This document shows, piece by piece, positions 58,026 through 64,000 of a stretch of DNA of 64,000 bases. The notes under the pieces were generated by a model. It had not been told where the DNA came from. It saw nothing but the letters and a program-made list of their open reading frames with translations, and made no database searches. The position numbers were made by a program, and so were the translations under genes. Origin of the DNA: the human T2T-CHM13v2.0 reference genome, Homo sapiens; assembly GCF_009914755.1 (NCBI RefSeq), contig NC_060935.1; one strand, 5' to 3'. Numbering within the stretch: the stretch's first letter is position 1; the number at the start of each line of letters is the position of its first letter.

Positions 58026-59575
58026 ATAGGACAACAGTTATCAGCTCAACAGCAACAGTATATAAAAGTATTGAAACAGCTGCTTAAAGGTAGCAGAGCC
58101 TTGATTTCTCAGGCTCAATTAAGAGACCTCACGCAAACAGTTATTTTCTATAACCCATGGTTCCCAGAAGAAGACATGCGAGATGTAGAGCTCTGGGAAC
58201 AAGTGGGTAAAAATCTTAAACAACATCATGCACAAGGGCAACAGGCCCCAGTAACATCTCTAATGTTATGGGCCTTAGTTAGGGCTGCTTTGGTCCCACT
58301 GTACAAAGAAGAGCCTAAAAAGGGAAGGGAGGAGGAACTGTCACCTACCTTACTGCCTCCTCCTCCTCCTCCTGGCCCGGCCATTACCAGGCAAAAATAC
58401 CTAAGAGGAAACAGAGGTTTTGCCTGAGCCCCCTCCTCCAATAAATTGGAAATAGGACAAGGGATATGCTACAGCTATGGGACGCTGTCTTAGGCAAGTG
58501 GCATTAGAAGGGGAGCTCTTGGCCTGCCTGGTAATGCAAGATCAACAAGGCAATCAGTTGTATGAACCCATTTCTTTTGACGTTTATAAAGAGACAAGAA
58601 AAAGCATTAGAGAAAACAGCTGCTAGCCCATTTATGAAAGGATTAATTGAAGCCATAGCAGACAACTTCCATATGTCCCCATGGGACTGGTCGGTGCTAG
58701 CCAAAACAACTTTAGAGCCAAGCCAATACCTCCTCTGGAAAGCAGAATATGATGAGTTGTGCAAACAACAAGCCAAACAGAATCAAGTGGCCAGGCAAGA
58801 CATAACAGCTGCTATGCTCCAGGGGAGGGGTCCCTATGCCAATGTACAACAACAATTAAGTTTTGTTCCCCAAGCCTAGGCACAAGTGTCTTTCTGCGCT
58901 CTCACAGCTTTGGACTGAATTCCTGAAAGTGGAGTTCAACAGGGATCTTTTATAAATGTTCAGCAAGGGCCTCAGGAACCATTTGTTGAATTTATCAATC
59001 GGTTAACTCAGGCAATTAAGAGACAAGTTAGTCATGCCCCAGCCACTGATATCTTATTGTTGCCGGTGGCTTATGAAAATGTTAATGTCGACTGCTGACA
59101 AGCAATGCTGGCAATCAGAGGAAAGGCAGCCACAGCTGGGGGACTTGTACAGGCATGTCAACTGGTGGGGTCTGAAACACACAAAGCCAAAATATTGGCT
59201 ATGGCATTACAGCCTCCTAAAGTGAAAAGGGAGAAAAACCCAAATTGTTCTCTATGTGAAGAGCCAGGTCATATGAAGAGGGAATGCCCCAATAGTAGAG
59301 ACCAACGTAACTCAGGAAAAGAACCCCCTTCTATATGTCCCCACTGTAAAAAGGGGAAACATTAAGCAAATCAATGCAAGTCCAAATTTGATAAACACGG
59401 CAACCCCCTAAGTAATCAGGCAGGAAACTTCATAAGGGGCCAGTCCCAGGCCCTGCTTCAAACTGCAGCAATGCCAGTGGCCTTCCTCAGTCAGATGGAA
59501 AGCCCACTGTTCTCTTTCTCAGAGCGGCCCCCTCTGGGAGTGCAGGACTGGATTTACTCTGCCCCAACGAATTAG
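58026..59575 (+). pseudogene. gag: Retroviral gag, disrupted
   Basis: Start codon reads ATA, followed by GQQLSA (myristoylation-type N-terminus) in frame with ORF 58071. PWFPEE in matrix, MHR QQGPQEPFVEFINRL at 58961, knuckles CSLCEEPGHMKREC and CPHCKKGKH*ANQC. Multiple stops and frameshifts. Confidence 0.92.
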
Positions 59576-60209
59576 TGCTAAAAGAAGGAGAAGACCCTAA
59601 AAGGGTTGCAACCGGGATCTGGGGCCCACTGCCTCTGTGAATAGTGGGATCAGTCCTAGGGTGATCAAGCCTATCCAGTAAAGGAATTAATGTGCTCACT
59701 GGGGTAATTGATAGTAATTACCAAGGTGAGATGTTAGTTATGATGGAATGTAAAAGTCTGCATATTCTTCCCCCTGGATCAAAGATAGCTCAGTTACTGC
59801 TTTTACCAAACTGGGTCCCCAAATCCCAGGGAAAGGAAAGGGGAAAGGGAAGTTTTGGGAGCACGGGAGCCACAGGAGAATATTGGAACCAATTAATCAC
59901 TGATCAAAGACCCATGATTACCTTAAAAATTGGAAAAAAAAAATTGTACTTGCTTATTGGACACAGGGGCAGATATTTTAATCATTAGTGATCAAAACTG
60001 GCCAGAAACTTGACCTTGGGTCACTCAAAAACAAAAAATTGTCAGCATCGGGGAAGTGCACACAGCCAAACAGAGCACACATCCCCTAACATGTTGTGAT
60101 TCGGAGGGAAGAAAAGCAGTTATACAACCTTTAATCATCCCCATCCCTGTTAATCTTTGGGGACAGGACTATTAGCCCAATGGGGGTCACTCTGCAGACA
60201 CCTTTCTAA
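59422..60209 (+). pseudogene. pro: dUTPase-protease (pro), disrupted
   Basis: In the -1 frame from gag at the decayed slippery site A GGA AAC (59422). dUTPase motifs SAGLDL, SSLSSKG, GVIDSNYQGE, KIAQLLL and RGKGSFGSTG. Protease LLDTGAD at 59954, after a frameshift in an A-run. Confidence 0.92.
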
Positions 60210-62863
60210 TAATGGCCACTGTTATTATTCCTCCCCTACCCTTAATGTGGCTCTCTCAAGATCCAATTTGGGTAGATCAGTAGCCTTTAAAGGGAGAGAA
60301 ATTACAAAGAGCCCCCATGAATTAGGTGAGAAGCAACTAAAAGCCAGCCATATAGAACCATCAAACAGCCCTTGGAATTCGCCCATTTTCATCATTCCCA
60401 AGAGGTCTGGCAAATGGAGACTTTTGCATGACTTATGGGCTATTAATGCTAGTTTGCAACCTATGAGGCCCCTTCAACAGGAGCTCCCTTTCCCCACAGC
60501 AATTCCTCAAGATTGGCCTATAGTCGTTATTGACTTAAAAGACTGCTTATATACTATTCCCCTTGCAGAACAAGACAGAGAAAATTTGTGTTTACCATAC
60601 CAGCTATCAATAATGAAAGGCCAGCTTGCTGATTTCATTGGAAAGTTCTTCCTCAAGGGATGCTACACAGTCATACCATGAGTCATTATCATGTAAATCA
60701 GGCTTTGCTCCCCAGTAGAAAAAAATTTCCTAATTGCAAGATTATTCGTTTTATGGATAATATTTAACTAGCAGCACCAACGGAGCCAGTACTTTTAAGT
60801 TTATATGCGTCTGTCATAAAGACTACACAATTGAGAAATTTAATCATTGCACCTGAAAAAATACAAATGTCCTCTCCTTGGAAATATCTTGGATACATAC
60901 TAACTTCCCAGTCAGTAAGACCTCAAAAGGTTAAATTAAATACTAGCAACTTACACACCTTAAATGATTATCAAAAATTACTAGGTGATATTAATTGGAT
61001 TCACCCCATCTTAGGCCTAACTACTGATAAGTTACAAAACCTCTTTTTTATCCTAAAGGGCAATACAGCCCTAGACTCTCCCAGGTATTTAACCTCTGCA
61101 GCAAAAAAGGAAAATGAGAAAATAGAACAAGCTATTTCTCAGAGGCAACTAGATCACACAGACCCACAATACTCAGTTCAATTGTTTGTTTTTCCTGCTA
61201 AATATTCCACAACAGGATTAATAGGACAGATGGCCCCAGGGCTGCGCTTCCTAGAATGGGTTTTTTGCTCACATGCTGGGACTAAAACACTATCTCCCTA
61301 TATCCAGCTAGTTAGTAAAGCTATCTATTCAGGCTGCAGATGATGCAATCAGTTGCTAGATTATGACCCTGATGTCATAAGAATTCCCTTGAGTAAAAAG
61401 CAATTTGAAGCAGTATTGCCCCTATCTCTAGATCTTCAGATAGCACTCTCTGACTGTGCAGTCATATAGCAGGAGCATGCCTTCCTGCTGACAAACTATT
61501 TCAGTTCTTATCTTGTACTCCTGTAGTTGTGCCTGCAAAAGTAGTTCACTCCATCATATCTAACACTTTAATGCTTTTTACTGACGGTTCTGGTAAAAAT
61601 GGAAAAGCGCCTATTAGGTGGAAACCACATAATTCCATCACTCATTTCGGATTTACTAGCACTCAAAGCACTGACGTTGGAGGCTTTATATTGGCTCTGG
61701 AAACCTTTTCTACTCAGACTATCAATATTGTTAGTGACTCTGCTTACTCTATTGCAGAACTTTGAGACAGCCCTCATTAAGTCCACTCTTGAGCCCACCC
61801 TGTGTGCACTTTTCCTTCGACTTCAGCAATTCCCAGATCAACATACACATCCTATTTTTATCATACATATTCGAGCCCACAACTCACTGCCTGGCCCAAC
61901 AGCTTATGGCAATGATCAAGCAGACCTGCAGATTACGATGCCACTGCTTGACCAAGCCACCCAATCACATCAATTTTTCCATCAAAATTGGAGAAACTAA
62001 ACAATTTCAACTTACCCAAAGACTAGCTAAACAAATTATCCTGCAATGCCCAGATTGTCAGCTCACAGGCATGTCCCCTCCTTCAACAGGTGTTAACCCT
62101 AGAGGACTAGAACCTAATTAGTTATGGCAAACAGATGTTACTCATGTCCCTGAATATGAAAAACTTAGATATGTACATGTATCCATTGATACCAATTCTC
62201 ACTTAATTGGCACTCATGCTCTTCCTGGAGAGTCCACCCAATATGTTATTAAGCATCTTCTCTTAACTTTTGGGTTTATCGGGTGGGTCCACAAAAATTA
62301 AAATTGATAATGGTCCAGCTTATATCAGCTCACAATTTCAACAATTTTGTCACCAAAGAACATCCAGCATTCCACAGGCATCCTATATAACCCCCAAGGC
62401 CATAGTAGAATGTATCCATTCCACTCTAAAAATATGCTCAGAAAACAAAGAAGGGGCAATATTAGTAAGGACCCTGCAACACTACTAGCACAAGCCTTAT
62501 TTACCCTTAATTTTTAAATTTAGATAAATTTTAATCAGCTATAGAAAAGCACTTTGCTAAAACCTCTCAGAACATAAAACCCGGGGTTTTATGGAACGAT
62601 GTAAATAATAATGTATGGTGTGGTCTACATGATTTGCTAACATGGGGAAGAGGATATGCTTGTGTTCACACCCCCTCTGGTCCTCTTTGGATTCCAGCAT
62701 GATGCATCAAACATACCATGGCATGGCTAGGACCCAACCTAGTACCAGAAATGAAGGAATTGACCCTGGAGGAACTGCAACCCTGGACGATGCAGCGTAC
62801 TCGGACAACACAAGTCCCGAACATCACCTGGGAGATGCCGAAGAAGACAACTTAGCGGGCTGA
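60200..62863 (+). pseudogene. pol: pol (RT-RNase H-integrase), disrupted
   Basis: RT: [34 protein letters not shown] (decayed xMDD at 60750-60761), KYLG. RNase H: FTDGS, SDSAY, HIRAH, GNDQAD. Integrase: HHCC, WQTDVTH, IDNGPAY, WGRGYAC. Confidence 0.94.
62672..62698 (+). promoter_or_regulatory. Probable env splice acceptor
   Basis: Pyrimidine tract ccccctctggtcctctttggattcCAG| ends at 62697, 20 nt before the env-frame ATG (ACCATGG) at 62718. Confidence 0.55.
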
Positions 62864-64000
62864 ACGAATTCTGCTCCAGACACAGACACCATTCACTGCA
62901 GATAACTTGTTCCTTGCTGTGCTCTCTGTTGTACATTGCAACTCATGTAGGGTATTGATCCTTTTTATGCTCTCACTTCGTCTGCAACCTGTACCTGCTA
63001 CACTCTGTTGGGATCATCTCTTAGATCCACCTTTCTTCCACCCTGTTACCTGGGCAGACACCCACTTCCCAGCCTCTAATAACATAACTGCTTGGCTAGG
63101 AGGGACTGACTTACCCCCAGTGGGGTCCCCCATTAATGGCACACATTGGACTAAGGTGCCAGGTAACACTACATATGATTCCACTATCCTCCCACTGTTT
63201 GTAAGTGATAAAAGTTCTACCCTTAATGTGTACCTGCCTAAACACAATTATAGCTACATCATGGCCAAGGGAATTCCTTAACAGACATGGTTGCAGGTAT
63301 CCTCAAACCAGGCAATGCAATAAATGCCACTTTCCCCAACATTCCTTCCTGTGCTAAAGAATGTAGCCAGGAAAGCGATGGATTCCACTTTGGCTGGGAG
63401 GTTTTTCATGGGGGACAACACCGTAGCCTCTACTTAGGCAATTATATCATCTTAGACTGGGACTCCTACTGCCATTTGCAGAGCGACCATACTGATGTCC
63501 ACATCCATGGTGGCATCAATCACAGTTTCGCAGCCTCATCCCATTCCCCTATAATTTGGGCCAATGGGGGCATGGCCCAATATCTCAGACCCCAAATAGA
63601 ATCCATGCCACCCCAAGACACTTTATGGCACCTGGGACATCTTAGTACCTCCCTTGACACCTGGCATGGGACATATCATAATTCCAGTAACAATTTTAGT
63701 ATGATCTTTATTCACAATCACACAGATCAGTGTGTAATTTGCACTACCCATCCATATGTTTTCCTTATGGGAACCAATATTTCCACTACAGCCCAAAACT
63801 CCACATTTGTGACCCGAGTGCAAGGACAGGCTTGGTTTGCCTCATGTATCACTAATTACGATATATCTAATTTAAATATTACTAGTGTCATGGTATTAAG
63901 GAGACAATCTGAGGCATTCCTACCAGTCGATTTGACATGTGATTGGCAAGGTTCTTCTGCCCTTGCCACCTTAGAATGCGCCCTGTCCCAGGTCAGACAT
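62718..64000 (+). pseudogene. env: env (signal peptide and SU), disrupted, partial
   Basis: About 94-codon signal peptide with TAG at 62853. SU starts TLCWDHLLDPPFF. Frameshift near 63219 and stops at 63224, 63239 and 63251, then open to the window end at ...ALSQVRH. Confidence 0.88.

Larger units (their letters stand above)
57409..64000 (+). mobile_element. HERV-K(HML-5)/HERVK22 provirus, truncated by the window edge
   Basis: LTR, PBS, gag (two CCHC knuckles), dUTPase-pro, pol and env in betaretroviral order. The LTR start and the tRNA-Met PBS fit HML-5. Confidence 0.92.

Noticed and set aside
59539-59880. dUTPase as a novel captured gene or functional enzyme
   Set aside because: It is a standard part of betaretroviral pro. 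Here it is interrupted by in-frame TGA codons around 59638-59664.
62643-62855. Apparent in-frame integrase-env fusion
   Set aside because: It is explained by an inferred 1-nt deletion near 62712, and the frame is blocked by TGA at 62700 and TAG at 62853.

Overview
This is AT-rich, repeat-dense primate genomic DNA (Alu J/S/FLAM elements present), most likely human or another simian, and either intergenic or intronic. I find no supportable host protein-coding gene, RNA gene or CRISPR array. Almost all ORFs in the supplied track are spurious translations of repeats or microsatellites. The first 57 kb is a mosaic of MIR, L2, L1, Alu, MaLR/ERV solo LTRs, Tigger-class DNA transposons, microsatellites and several unique, motif-rich stretches that may be enhancers. 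From 57409 to the window end lies a + strand betaretrovirus-like provirus matching HERV-K(HML-5)/HERVK22. It has an LTR22-type 5' LTR, a tRNA-Met primer-binding site, and gag, dUTPase-pro, pol and env in order. All four genes are disrupted. However, a 249-codon stop-free env SU stretch, missing from the ORF track, runs off the right edge at what looks like the furin site. Several local template-switch scars and candidate non-coding exons are also noted. Repeat subfamily names come from recalled consensus sequences and need RepeatMasker/Dfam confirmation. I see no convincing evidence for a wholly new biological system.
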